A stretch of DNA of 63,197 bases, the filler included, from Trichomonas gallinae (lineage: Eukaryota): assembly GCA_008369845.1 (NCBI GenBank). It is 10 parts of 10 records of this genome, joined end to end, with 100 filler letters (N's around TTAATTAATTAA, not from the genome) between each part and the next. Parts side by side here need not be neighbours in the genome. Positions count along the whole stretch, not along the records: positions 41,875 to 46,819 come from MRSU01000134.1; positions 46,920 to 50,418 come from MRSU01000145.1; positions 50,519 to 54,121 come from MRSU01000150.1; positions 54,222 to 56,302 come from MRSU01000155.1; 6 more parts are not named here. One strand, written 5' to 3'. The translations under genes and the position numbers were made by a program. Below are positions 44,553-55,485 of this stretch, piece by piece. Every line of letters begins with the position of its first letter. The stretch's first letter is position 1. Under the pieces are notes generated by a model that did no database searches, was not told the origin of the DNA, and worked only from the letters and a program-made list of their open reading frames with translations.

Positions 44553-44840
44553 GTGATTTGGGCTTCAGAGAGAGGTCTTCATCAAATTGTCAAACTGCTT
44601 CTCACAGCTCCTGGAATAAATGTCAACATAAAAGGCTATTGCAATTTTGTAGCTTTGATTTGTGCTTCAATAGAAGGTCATTATGAAGTTGTCAAACTTC
44701 TCCTCGCAGTATCTGGAATTGATGTCAACGCAAAAGATACATATAGTAAGGCAGCTTTGATTTGGGCTTCGGAAAAATGTCGTCATGAAGTTGTCAAACT
44801 TCTTCTCACGGTTCCTAGAATTGATCTTTCGCAAAGATAA
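44553..44840 (+). pseudogene. Ankyrin repeat fragment
   Basis: Three ALIxASxxGHxEVVKLLLxxPGIDVN-type units; GTG start, no N-terminal part. Confidence 0.7.
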
Positions 44841-46103
44841 AGCAGAACTTCATTGGATCTATAATATTTTTTTTTTCAATGGATATAGTTAATCCAGTAT
44901 AATTCATTGTTTCACTTGAATTTGAATTAAAATTATTATATTGTGATGCAATTTCAGGTTTTCGTTTGTTGGAATGATTTTCCAAAAATATATTGCATGC
45001 ATTAATTCGATAATTCATTAAAATGCTGCATACGTCTCAAGATTCATTGAAGTTTGTGTATCAATCATATTCTATGATTGTGTGTATTAAGAATGTAGTG
45101 TAATAAGGTAATCTTGGTCATTGATTTGAATTAAAACATCAATATTAATGCATTTCTTACTTTCTTCAATTTCAATCAAGAATTCCCGGATCTTCGATGA
45201 TGCTAATGGAAGATTTGAAGATGTTTAGAAAAGTATATCACGGAAGTCTTAAGAGCTGTTAATGCTACAGCTATAATCACCAGCTGAAAAGCCGAATTTG
45301 TTACTATCATTTAGGATAGTTTGAATCATTTGGAACATGAAGAAATTAGTTTAAGCAAGTAAATTGCTGGAGACACACGAGATCAATAAAAATATACAAA
45401 AGAACATATTATTTAAAAACTTTATAATTCTGATTGTTAAACGATTGCATGAATATGCGTCTATTTTTGATCCTTTCATTGATAATGTGATCATGTCTTA
45501 GTGCATCAATCACTCTTTTTGGAGCGCAAGAATGGAAATTGTAGAGGGATTTATCCGTAAAAAGGATAGATTTGTTCTATTTTCTTACTATTATCGTTTA
45601 ATCAGCAATTCGATATTGATAGAGTAATACTGGTTATAGTTATATAATGGCATACTTAGTTATTGACTATATGAATATACATCATACGTTTATATAACAC
45701 ACATCACAATCGAATTTGATAAAAACCAAAAACACATATTTGACATTTATGCAACTGATACCAAGGAATGCAGAGATTGTGATCATTAAAATTAAATAAT
45801 AACTGATCTGAATGACATGTAAATGCAAAATATGTCAAGTAAATATGAATAAGTATTGCATTTTATAATTAAAATGATAGATAGCTAATATTATACAGAA
45901 TACAATAATAAAATTGGTCGTTAGCCGAAATTGAGAACACATTCAAAAGAACAAAAATTTCGGAAATTGCAATAAATCATTAAAATACACGAATAGAAGT
46001 AGAATAAAACCATATGTATAAAAAACCGCAAATCATTCAGAAATTCGGCTACCGAAGAATTGAGAGTGCAACCGGGGAAAAGTGGTTATTGTAAACAGTT
46101 CAT

Positions 46104-46781
46104 ATGTATTGCGCGCGGTCCGAGATGATGAACACCAACGACATCCCGAAGTTCTGGGGGCTTCTAAGCACCGCCGACAGGTATCAATACATGTATCTCA
46201 GAGCTGCTCTCTCGACGCAGAGTGGTAAAAACATTCGCAACAAGAGAGTTGAGAACTTTGCAGAGACAATGCAAGCCATCAAGCAGTTCTGCCAGAAGGG
46301 TGACGGCCACGATTGGATCCGCTACCTCGTCACAGGAATCTGCTGGCTTCCAGAAGGAGGAATCGCAGTTAACACTCACCAATTGCGCCTCCTCGTTGTC
46401 AAGTGCAAGTCTTCCATTAACGGATCTCTTCACAAGATGGGTTATAATTATTCAATGGAAAGATCGGATGCAACAGCAGCGATCATATCACTCATCCCAC
46501 CACTCAAAGATAACCCAGCTGAGCTCCGCCAATGGACTGTGAGATTAGATCAACCAGTTTCTTGCTCACCACCATCAACATCCCCAATAGAACAATCAAT
46601 TAATTCTTTTATTCAGCAGCCTGTTGAAATCCTTGTTAAGGAGGCCGTTGCCTCTCAACAGGAACCAGTTCAAACAGCGTCTGCAGAGGCAGTCAGCACC
46701 GATCTCTCTGACTCGTCTTTCTATGATTTTTCAGAGATCGATCTTGGGTTCGATGCTTCCTTTGGTTGCGACTTCTGGTAA
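46104..46781 (+). CDS. Initiator-binding domain (IBD, IBP39-like) family transcription factor
   Basis: LVTGICWL...IAVNTHQLRLLVVKCKSSINGSLHKMGY...ELRQWTVR is the parabasalid IBD signature; acidic/aromatic C-tail. Start may be ATG 46125. Confidence 0.88.
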   Translation: MYCARSEMMNTNDIPKFWGLLSTADRYQYMYLRAALSTQSGKNIRNKRVENFAETMQAIKQFCQKGDGHDWIRYLVTGICWLPEGGIAVNTHQLRLLVVKCKSSINGSLHKMGYNYSMERSDATAAIISLIPPLKDNPAELRQWTVRLDQPVSCSPPSTSPIEQSINSFIQQPVEILVKEAVASQQEPVQTASAEAVSTDLSDSSFYDFSEIDLGFDASFGCDFW

Positions 46782-46819
46782 GCATCGGGCTATCGGATGG
46801 TTTAAGTAAATCATCTCTA

Positions 46820-46919
46820 NNNNNNNNNNNNNNNNNNNNNNNNNNNNNNNNNNNNNNNNNNNNTTAATTAATTAANNNNNNNNNNNNNNNNNNNNNNNNN
46901 NNNNNNNNNNNNNNNNNNN
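46820..46919. other. Artificial contig linker
   Basis: 44 N + TTAATTAATTAA + 44 N. Confidence 0.97.
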
Positions 46920-46936
46920 CTTGCCAACCCCTGCAA

Positions 46937-46995
46937 TAAAATTGAGAGATGACCGTCAGATTCAAAAATGACCCAAAAATTTACATACGGTATAA
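46937..46995. repeat. Dispersed repeat terminus (copy 1), possible TA-flanked DNA transposon end
   Basis: TAAAATTGAGAGATGACCGTCAGATTCA...TGACCC...ATACGGTA shared with 54243-54300; both lie at contig starts. Confidence 0.7.
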
Positions 46996-47488
46996 TATTG
47001 GTACAAGAATATATAATTATACGGTAAAAAGTGAAATTATATATAAGACGATTATGTAGCTGTTGTAATTTTTGTTATAATTCTCGAATTCTCAAAATTC
47101 ATCAAAAATAAAATATCAAAGATATATATATATCTTTTTGACATTTGCAGGAAAAAGAACCCATTAAAAGTAGATGTTGCCGATTATAAATTAATTCCCA
47201 AATTAATCAAATAATATAAAAGATAAATCAGACGACATCATCCTTTTCATCATCAATAATATATCTAAAACTTAAAAAGAATATGCTGTCAAATAAGAAT
47301 TATTTTCAATGAAAATCAAAAACTATCAAAGATAAATTAGACGACATCATCCCATTCGATAAATGCAGCATATATAACATATTAAAACTAGGTATTGTCG
47401 AATAAGATTTGTTTCAATGACAATTTCACGTTTGATAAAAAAGGTGACGAGATCCTGAAAAGTGACATGATATCGTTTTTGGCAAAAT

Positions 47489-50418
47489 ATGGACGAATCA
47501 AAGCCACAGAAGAAGATCAGGGATGACCTTTTCGGCGGTGATGATTTGTTTAGCGGGAAACAGCAAAAGAAAAAGGCAAGTGATTCGAAAAGCGAAAATA
47601 AACCAGCACAAAAGTCCGAAAACAAAGTAACAAAGACAACAAAATCGAAACAATCAACAGGTTCAGTGGGTCTTTTTGATGATGACACTCCAAAATCATC
47701 TTCTAAGAAATTAAAATCGAATAAAATGGATTTATTCGGTGATACAGATAGTTCAAAGCCTAATAAAGTCGTAGATTTATTTGGCGAAGACAAATCCTCC
47801 TCAAGTAAGAATAAAATTACACAATCAAATTTATTCGATGAAGAAATTAAACCAAAGTCTCCGAAAACATCAGACGCTTCAAAGCCAGCCGCTTCTAAGG
47901 CTACTTCCATAAAAGCAACTGTTGCAGAAGACTTATTTGGAATGGCAGAAATTGATGAAGAAGAAGATAACAGAGGAGACGATTTACTTGAAAATACCAA
48001 TGAGCCAGCAACAGAAAAAATTACAGACGAAAAACCAGCTTTGAACGAAAAACCAAATGAAGAAGAGATCAAATCGAAACCAAATCCAATATTAACAAAC
48101 AAAGCATTATTCGGTGATGAAGAAGATGACGTTGTTCAATCACCAGGATTAACATCAACTGGAAAGAATGAATTATTTGAAACAACAGAAACACCACAAG
48201 CAAGTGCTGTTGATATATTCGCGCCCGGTGCTATAGAAAAGTCAGATGAAAAGCCACCAGAAGAACCAAAACCAAAGAAATTCGGCAGAAAAGATATTAG
48301 TTTAGATTTAGACGATGAACCAACAACATCTGCGCCCAAAATCTCGACAAAAATCGAATTTAACGAAGATAGAGAGAGTTTATCGAAAGAAAAAGCAAAT
48401 GAATTATTCCAGCAAAACGTTACAAAGAAAGAAATGGATATGCTACGTGCAGGCAAGTTCCAGGAGTTGATGCCACCTAAAGATGATGGAAGCTACTTCG
48501 AAATGTCTGATCATGGAGTATATCTTGTTAGAGACAGAACTGTCAACAAACCAAAGTCTCCAAGAAAGAAATCTAGAGCTTCTGATGCAGATGCTCCAAA
48601 ACCAGAAGAAACTAAGCCTTCCGAAAAATCAGATTCAGTTCTTTCAAATTCAACAGAAATTCCACGTGCATCAGATGCTCCAATCGAAGAGAAACCAGTA
48701 GAAAAAGCAGAAGCAAAAGAAGAACCAAAGAATCTCGAATTACCACGCGCTTCAAGTGCTGCTACTGAAAATATATCAGAATCAAAAGTTGATAAGTTAT
48801 TTGAATCAACACCAGCACCAAAGGCAGCTCCAAAGAAGAAGAAAGATGATTTAGGAATCCCATCAGCAAGTGGAAAAGCAAAACCAACAAAAACAATCAA
48901 TTTATTTGATGAAAATCTTTTCGAAAAGCCAACATTCGACAAACTCGAAGCTGTTCCAGAAGCTGTTGATTTATTCTCACCAGGACCAGCTAAAAAGGCT
49001 AAAGATACACTTTTCGATTTAGAAATTCAAAAATCTCTCGAAAGACAGAAACAAATCGAAAAAGAAGAGCAAGAACGCAAGAAGAAGATGGAAGAAGAGC
49101 AGAAGAAGAGAATAGAAGAGCTCAAGAAGCAAGATGATGAAAGGCAGAGGAAATTCGAAGAAGAAAAACGCCTTGCAGCCGAAAAACAGAGACAAGAGCA
49201 ACTTGAGCAGAGAAAACTCGCTAAGCAAAAGAAGAAAGAAGAACTCAAGCAATTCGAAGAAGAACGTGAAAGATATAAACAGGAAGAAGAGAGAAAGAGA
49301 AACGAGAGAGACGAAAATCTCAGAAAGAAGATAGAAGAAGAAAGAAAAGAACTCGAAAGGAAGAGGTTGGAAAGAGAAGGAAAGACAGTTGAAGAAGAGG
49401 AAGCAAAGAAGATCGAAGAGCTCAAGAAACAAGAAGAAAAGCTCAAGGAAGAAGAGGAAAAGTTGAAGAAAGACTTGGAAGAGAAAGAAAGACTCGAAAA
49501 ACAGAAGCGCGAAGAAGAAGAAAAGAAGAAGAAACTCGAAGAAGAGGAGAAACAAAAGCGCGAACAGGAAGAGAAGAAGAGACTCGAAGAAGAGCAGAAA
49601 GAAGCTGAAAGGAAGAGAATCGAAAAAGAAGAAGCCGAGAAGAAGAAGATTGAAGAAGAAAAGAAAGAAAAGGAAAGACAGCAGAAAGAAATGGAACTCA
49701 AGACCCAACAGTTCAAGGATCAATTATTCGATTCATCCGTTAAACCAAAACTCAAAAATGATTTGTTCGACAACCTTCAGACGCCAGATGCCGCTGATCC
49801 AAAGCTTGCTCTATTTGGCGATAATCCAGTGGCGCAAGCTTCTGTAAACAAGAACAACGCGTTGTTCGCTGAAGATGATCCTAAGACAGCGCCAAAGAGG
49901 AAAGCTAAAGCTAGCGTTTTCGATGAAGAACCAAAAGCGAAAGCTAAGCCAAAGGCATTATCTAACAATGAGGCAACAACTTTGTTCGATGAAGAGACAA
50001 AGAAGAAAGCTGATGAAGAAAAGAAGACAGAACAGCCGAAGAAGGCTGACCAGAAGATGAATCTCTTCGACGATGACCTTGTTTTGGTGAAGAAGAAAGA
50101 TGCATCAAAGCCGGACGAAAAGAAGAAAGAAACAGCCAACAAGAAGAAGAATCTTTTCGATGACGACGATGACTTGCTCGTATCTAGCAAGGTTAAGAAG
50201 GACTCAGTCAGTAAGAAGCAGCTCTTTGATGATGATAATATCTTCGCTAAGAAGGATTCAGGAAACAAGGTCGAAGAAGACAAGAAGAAAGCTGAAGAAG
50301 AGACTAAGAAGAAGGCCGAGGAAGAAGCAAAGAAGAAGGCCGAGGAAGAAGCAAAGAAGAAGGCCGAAGAGGAAGCAAAGAAGAAGGCCGAAGAGGAAGC
50401 AAAGAAGAAGGCCGAAGA
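47489..50418 (+). CDS. Large disordered protein with ~20 Leu-Phe-acidic motifs and a charged helical region (FAM21/WASHC2-tail-like); truncated
   Basis: Repeated DLFG, GLFDDD, NLFDEE, ALFGDEEDD, TLFDEE, NLFDDDDD and QLFDDD; E/K/R-rich centre; ends in KKAEEEA repeats at the linker. Confidence 0.75.
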
Positions 50419-50518
50419 NNNNNNNNNNNNNNNNNNNNNNNNNNNNNNNNNNNNNNNNNNNNTTAATTAATTAANNNNNNNNNNNNNNNNNNNNNNNNNN
50501 NNNNNNNNNNNNNNNNNN
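50419..50518. other. Artificial contig linker
   Basis: 44 N + TTAATTAATTAA + 44 N. Confidence 0.97.
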
Positions 50519-50598
50519 ACCGTATCTTCCAGACTATCTTCCAAAAACTAAATTTCGATCTTCCAGAGTCCAAATTATCTTCCAAAGTTGCATCCCTA
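50519..50598 (-). mobile_element. Probable hAT-like transposon terminus with subterminal ATCTTCCA repeats
   Basis: rc TAGGGATGCAACTTT at 50584-50598, preceded by four ATCTTCCA repeats, at a contig start. Confidence 0.45.
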
Positions 50599-50943
50599 AT
50601 ATGATACATTTTTGATACATTTAAGATGCATATGTTTGTATATCATCTAATAAAAATTTTTGCATATACGAGCAAATTTTTTAAAAAATTACAGATTTCA
50701 ATTCATGTATAAAAGAGTTGCGCATTGGCACTAGATAGTACTAAAGCATTTAAAATACCTATTTCATACGTACATCAAGCATGAAATTAAATATTAGACA
50801 GAATCAACGTTAATAAATTTTGAATTCACCTTGAAAAGAGTAACAACTATTTGACATGTATTGACATTTGATGCGTTTTTGTACTTTGCTCATGCCGCAT
50901 AAAGTGTCAAAAAATATTTTACACGTCATATAGTCAAAATATG

Positions 50944-50970
50944 TCACTTTTGTTTTGAAAAATGTCACTT
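50944..50970 (+). promoter_or_regulatory. Tandem Inr elements (TCACTT x2)
   Basis: TGTCACTTTT with TCACTT at 50944 and 50965, ahead of ATG 50988. Confidence 0.6.
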
Positions 50971-50987
50971 TTAAAAATAACCTTTTA

Positions 50988-52211
50988 ATGGCTCCTAAGC
51001 GCAAACAAAAGAAACAACGCGAGGATTATGAAGAAGAGATATACGAAGATGGTGCAGATCTCGATTGGAGGACAACTCTTCCATCTTTAGTTGATCAGCT
51101 CGCTGAGGCAGACGAAACAAGCAGAATGGGAATCATTCGTTCAATAACAGACATTTTAACAGCTAGGCCAGTCGAAAGATTCATCAAGCCATATGTTGAT
51201 GACATTATTTTGAATCTTCACGAACCAATTTTCAATGCAACATCAAAAGAAGAATCCATTGAAGCTTTAACATGCATCTGCTCTATTTGCCTCAACATGT
51301 ACCAGTCATTCGAGCCAGTCGCAATGGCATTTATCAATGAATTAATTCCAACTTTTGACCAAGTTGACCAAATCAACGAGCATCCATTCAGAGCATTCGC
51401 AATTGGCTACATATGCCTTTTGACAGTCCGTAACACGGAATATACCACAAAAGTTCTCGATAAACTCACATCATTCTTCACAAACGACAAACTCTTCAAT
51501 CGTCTCGAAGATGAGCTCATCGCTGATGCAATATCAGCCATTAACTTACTGTTGCCATGCTTCTCAACATCAACAATCACTGATGTTTTCTATGATAAAA
51601 TCAAAGCTGTTCTCGATAAAGGTTTTGACTCAGCCGATGGACCAACAATGCTTGCTACACTCGACCTTTTCGCTTTGACTCAAGAATATCTCACAGAACG
51701 TCAATTTGTTAATGATAAAGGCGAAGAAATGGACGATCCAAAGCCAGAAGCAGAAGAAATTTTGAACGAATACGTTAATAACTACCTCAAGCCAGTTCGT
51801 CAGGCTGCAAATGGAATTGATAATAAAGATGATCAAAAATTAGTTCGCGAACGTTCTAAACTCGTCCAGGGTCTTATCGATGGTGAAGATTTCATAACTA
51901 AAGTCAACGTCAATATCCAACAAGCTGAAATTCTTGGTGCAAAGAAGTCAATATTCCTCAACTCTACAAAACGCGTTGCTAGGTTCCACTTCGAGCAGCT
52001 CCTTGTCGTCAACAGAGGTGTCCAGTACATGCTCGGCGTCCACTTCCTGGATAGAGCTCAAGCAGAGCTCCTCAAACTCAACATGCGCGAAGAAATCGAC
52101 ATGGGAAGAGAAGAAGCCGAGAAGAACAGATACAGAGACATCGTCAAGAAGAGGAAGCTGAAGGAAAGAGCGCTCACAATGCCAGAAGAGGCCGCATTTT
52201 ATAAAGATTAA
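50988..52211 (+). CDS. IFRD (interferon-related developmental regulator)-like ARM-repeat protein
   Basis: Basic N-terminus, helical repeats, and C-terminal KDDQKLVRER...NRGVQYMLG...EAEKNRYRDIVKKRK arrangement like IFRD1/2; ATG 50988. Confidence 0.6.
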   Translation: MAPKRKQKKQREDYEEEIYEDGADLDWRTTLPSLVDQLAEADETSRMGIIRSITDILTARPVERFIKPYVDDIILNLHEPIFNATSKEESIEALTCICSICLNMYQSFEPVAMAFINELIPTFDQVDQINEHPFRAFAIGYICLLTVRNTEYTTKVLDKLTSFFTNDKLFNRLEDELIADAISAINLLLPCFSTSTITDVFYDKIKAVLDKGFDSADGPTMLATLDLFALTQEYLTERQFVNDKGEEMDDPKPEAEEILNEYVNNYLKPVRQAANGIDNKDDQKLVRERSKLVQGLIDGEDFITKVNVNIQQAEILGAKKSIFLNSTKRVARFHFEQLLVVNRGVQYMLGVHFLDRAQAELLKLNMREEIDMGREEAEKNRYRDIVKKRKLKERALTMPEEAAFYKD

Positions 52212-52612
52212 TAAAGGATATATATAATTGATTTCATATTTGGTTCGATAAATGGTTTGATATATTTATCTGGAAATTGTCTAAGAACTTTGAGGATTTA
52301 ATGCAGTTTTAAAATCGAAGAGTGCATTCATTCAATTATCCGCAAATTCATCATATATCAGATGCATACAATCAGTATGGTTGAGTTTAAAGCAAAAGAC
52401 CATTGATGGTATCCTTGAATCTTTTAAATTTCATATTATAATTCAAATCTATTGTGATTTCATTTCCTATTGAACAATATACTTGAAACAAAAGAATTCC
52501 TGAGATATAATGAGTTATGATTGAAATCAAAATTGTCAAATTCTTGTCAAACGACGGTCATTATAGTAGATTATTCATACTATTCGATATACTAATCGAA
52601 ATTGGGATAAAA

Positions 52613-53609
52613 ATGCTCATTTTCAATAGTGGAATTGAATTGATAAAGATTTTGATGCTTGAATTATGTAGAATATGAAGGCGTCCCATATTTTGTAGAT
52701 ACACATAGCAATAAGGCATATGTTGGGAATGGATCACAGCTAAATGCTTGCCCAACAAATCTCATAATTCATCCATCAATACAATATGAAGGAAAAACGT
52801 ACAATGTTACTGAAATACAAAGATTTACATTCAGGTATTGCAATAAAATTAAAACAATTTCAATTCCTGATGGAATCAAAAGAATTGGATATATGGCCTT
52901 TTATGTCAGCGGTTTCAAAGCAGATGTTCTTGAACTGCCCAAGTCATTAGAATTTCTTGATAGTCTTGCATTTCCGCATAATGCACTAACTGATGTAAAA
53001 ATTGGTCCAAATTTAAAACAAGTTGGTGATTCGGTGTTTGCCCGCACAAATGTGAAGAAATTCATTGTTGATGAAGATAATCAGTACATCTGCAATGATG
53101 ATCAGTATTGTTTGTACACAAAAAACAAAACAGCGCTCATTGCTGCAGGTGGATTTGTTGATGATTTAGTTATCCCACCTTCTGTCACTCAGTTGTATGC
53201 GCAGTCCATAGATGGTATATCGATAAAAACACTGACACTCCCTCGTTTATTAGATATAAACACAACTAGAGAGAATAGTTATATCTATTTCTGTCGAAAT
53301 CTAATTAAGATCACAATAATTGGTGACATTAAAGAAGCTGAAGCAAAAGCTTTGTTTATCAACACATGTCAATCCGTTTCATCGATATATTACTATGGCA
53401 AGACAGTTCCTGGAGCAAACTTTTTCAATGCATCACTTATTAAGCCAAATATATATGTTGTCGAAAAAAATATAACAATGATTAACACAATAAAAACTAT
53501 TTACCTACCCCACTACATGCAACCTATTAAATCATGCAAAGCTAACCTTTATCATCACATTGATTTGAGAGCTTACCTTTATGTTATTATTTTTCTAGGA
53601 GATGATTAA
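52613..53609 (+). pseudogene. BspA-like (TpLRR) surface protein with 5' frameshift
   Basis: NVTEIQRFTFRYC-IKTISIPDGIKRIGYMAF and VKIGPNLKQVGDSVF TpLRR units. Main frame starts at TTG 52659 just after in-frame TGA 52653; ATGs at 52613/52655 are one base out of frame. Confidence 0.65.
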
Positions 53610-54121
53610 AATTGAATTGAATATTTAAAAAAAAAATATTATTTCTCAAACTAATATATATTTTCATTTATAAAAAAGCAGGCAAATATCATATTTCTAC
53701 TAGCTTTTGGATCAATATATATAAAGAATTCACTTTTCTGAGTTGTCGGACATGAACTGCGCCGATACAATATATTGGTAAGTGATGAATATTCTCGGAT
53801 GCAGTCCATATCCATAACATTTTATTCAAATTAGAAATTTTGAAATTATTTAGATTTATCAAAAGTATTCAATATCGACGCGTTATATCTCGAAATTATA
53901 AGTTTGTTTTGACTAGAGCCCATTATAAATACTGTTCCTGAAGGCCTATACTACATTCTTCCGAAATTTCGCCTCTTTACCCCCTCTCTAAATACTAAAG
54001 CCCCTGTTTTAATAATGCTACAATTTTTATAAGGTTGCAACTTTTGTTTTTAAAACATTTGAGTACTTTGCTAAAATTGAATGTGTTTTACCTATGTTTT
54101 GTTTTCATCCTAAAAATATTT

Positions 54122-54221
54122 NNNNNNNNNNNNNNNNNNNNNNNNNNNNNNNNNNNNNNNNNNNNTTAATTAATTAANNNNNNNNNNNNNNNNNNNNNNN
54201 NNNNNNNNNNNNNNNNNNNNN
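54122..54221. other. Artificial contig linker
   Basis: 44 N + TTAATTAATTAA + 44 N. Confidence 0.97.
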
Positions 54222-54242
54222 TGGTACCATTATTTTGTAAAC

Positions 54243-54300
54243 TAAAATTGAGAGATGACCGTCAGATTCACTTATGACCCTCAAATTCATATACGGTATT
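54243..54300. repeat. Dispersed repeat terminus (copy 2)
   Basis: 28-bp identity plus further similarity to 46937-46995. Confidence 0.7.
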
Positions 54301-54600
54301 ATGAGTGATTTAGATATTTAAACATCAAATTTAGATAAAGCTGAAGGGTAATATTATAGATACCTCTTCTATTAGGAGTAATTTTGATGTTTTAATAATG
54401 AGTGAAATTTGAAATTTTGATTTTTATTTTACAAATATTAGGTTTTTAGGATCATTTTAATGATATTTTCGAAAATTAAAAAATGAAATATTTTGTATTT
54501 TTAAATAAATTCATGAATACAAACTATATATCACGTTATCGCAAAATATTTCTAAAATCCCTTCTTTATTTTTCAAGACCCTAAATTATATTTTTTCAAA

Positions 54601-55152
54601 ATGGATCTTAAGACTTATGAACTCGTAAAAGTCATTTCTGAGTACATGATTAGTGTTGAAAACGATATGGAAAGTGTTCCATCTTCAAAGATTTACAATG
54701 CATTGGAGAGAAATCCAAATTTCAATTACAGAATTTTACCATCTGATGTTTTCAATGCACTTTGTCTGCCATATCAGAGTACAATGCTTTTTGAATTGAG
54801 CAAAACAGATTTAGACGATTTTTATTTCAAATTAAAATTATCTCCAGATCAAACACGAGAGTATATTAGTAAAATCGAAATCATCGAGCCAGTTGTTATA
54901 GAACAAGTAATTAGATCACCTTCACCAATCTCAATTCCAACATTTACGAACCTTATGCTCGATATGGAAAATTTAACAAGAAACAGAAACAATTTAGTGA
55001 CAATAAACGATCAACTATCAAAAACATACAACGAAGTTCACATTCAAAATCTTGCTTTATCGAATAATACAATTCTCAAACAACAAATTAAAAATTGCCA
55101 AGACATTATTAACAAACTAACTCCAAGACAAGAAGGAATGAATCATCATTAA
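54601..55152 (+). CDS. Hypothetical protein with C-terminal coiled coil
   Basis: 183-aa ATG-started ORF; heptad pattern in LMLDMENL...CQDIINKL. Confidence 0.7.
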   Translation: MDLKTYELVKVISEYMISVENDMESVPSSKIYNALERNPNFNYRILPSDVFNALCLPYQSTMLFELSKTDLDDFYFKLKLSPDQTREYISKIEIIEPVVIEQVIRSPSPISIPTFTNLMLDMENLTRNRNNLVTINDQLSKTYNEVHIQNLALSNNTILKQQIKNCQDIINKLTPRQEGMNHH

Positions 55153-55485
55153 GCAATTATTTACAAAACTAGATAATTTTCAATATAATTTTTTTATCCA
55201 AGATTTAATCACTTAGAACTACAAATAAGAAATAATGTACTCTTATATTTTACATTTATAATCTTGCGATTTTGCATTTTGCAAAATATATCAAATAATT
55301 TGATCAGAACACTCCTTTTATTCAAAAATTGTTATATTTATAGTCATCCTTATTGATACATACGGAATTATAATTCTATTTTGATTCAACAAAAATATAT
55401 CTTTGGTAGTAAATAAAAGTTGTTGTATTATAATTTTCCTGTATAAATACATTTATAACATAATCAAACAAAGTCTAAATAGAAA

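Noticed and set aside
47347..50283. Several long F/S/L-rich minus-strand ORFs
   Set aside because: Antisense shadows of the K/E-rich CDS at 47489
52613..52659. Spliceosomal intron explaining the BspA frameshift
   Set aside because: No GTAYGT donor or ACTAAC...AG branch/acceptor motif typical of trichomonad introns
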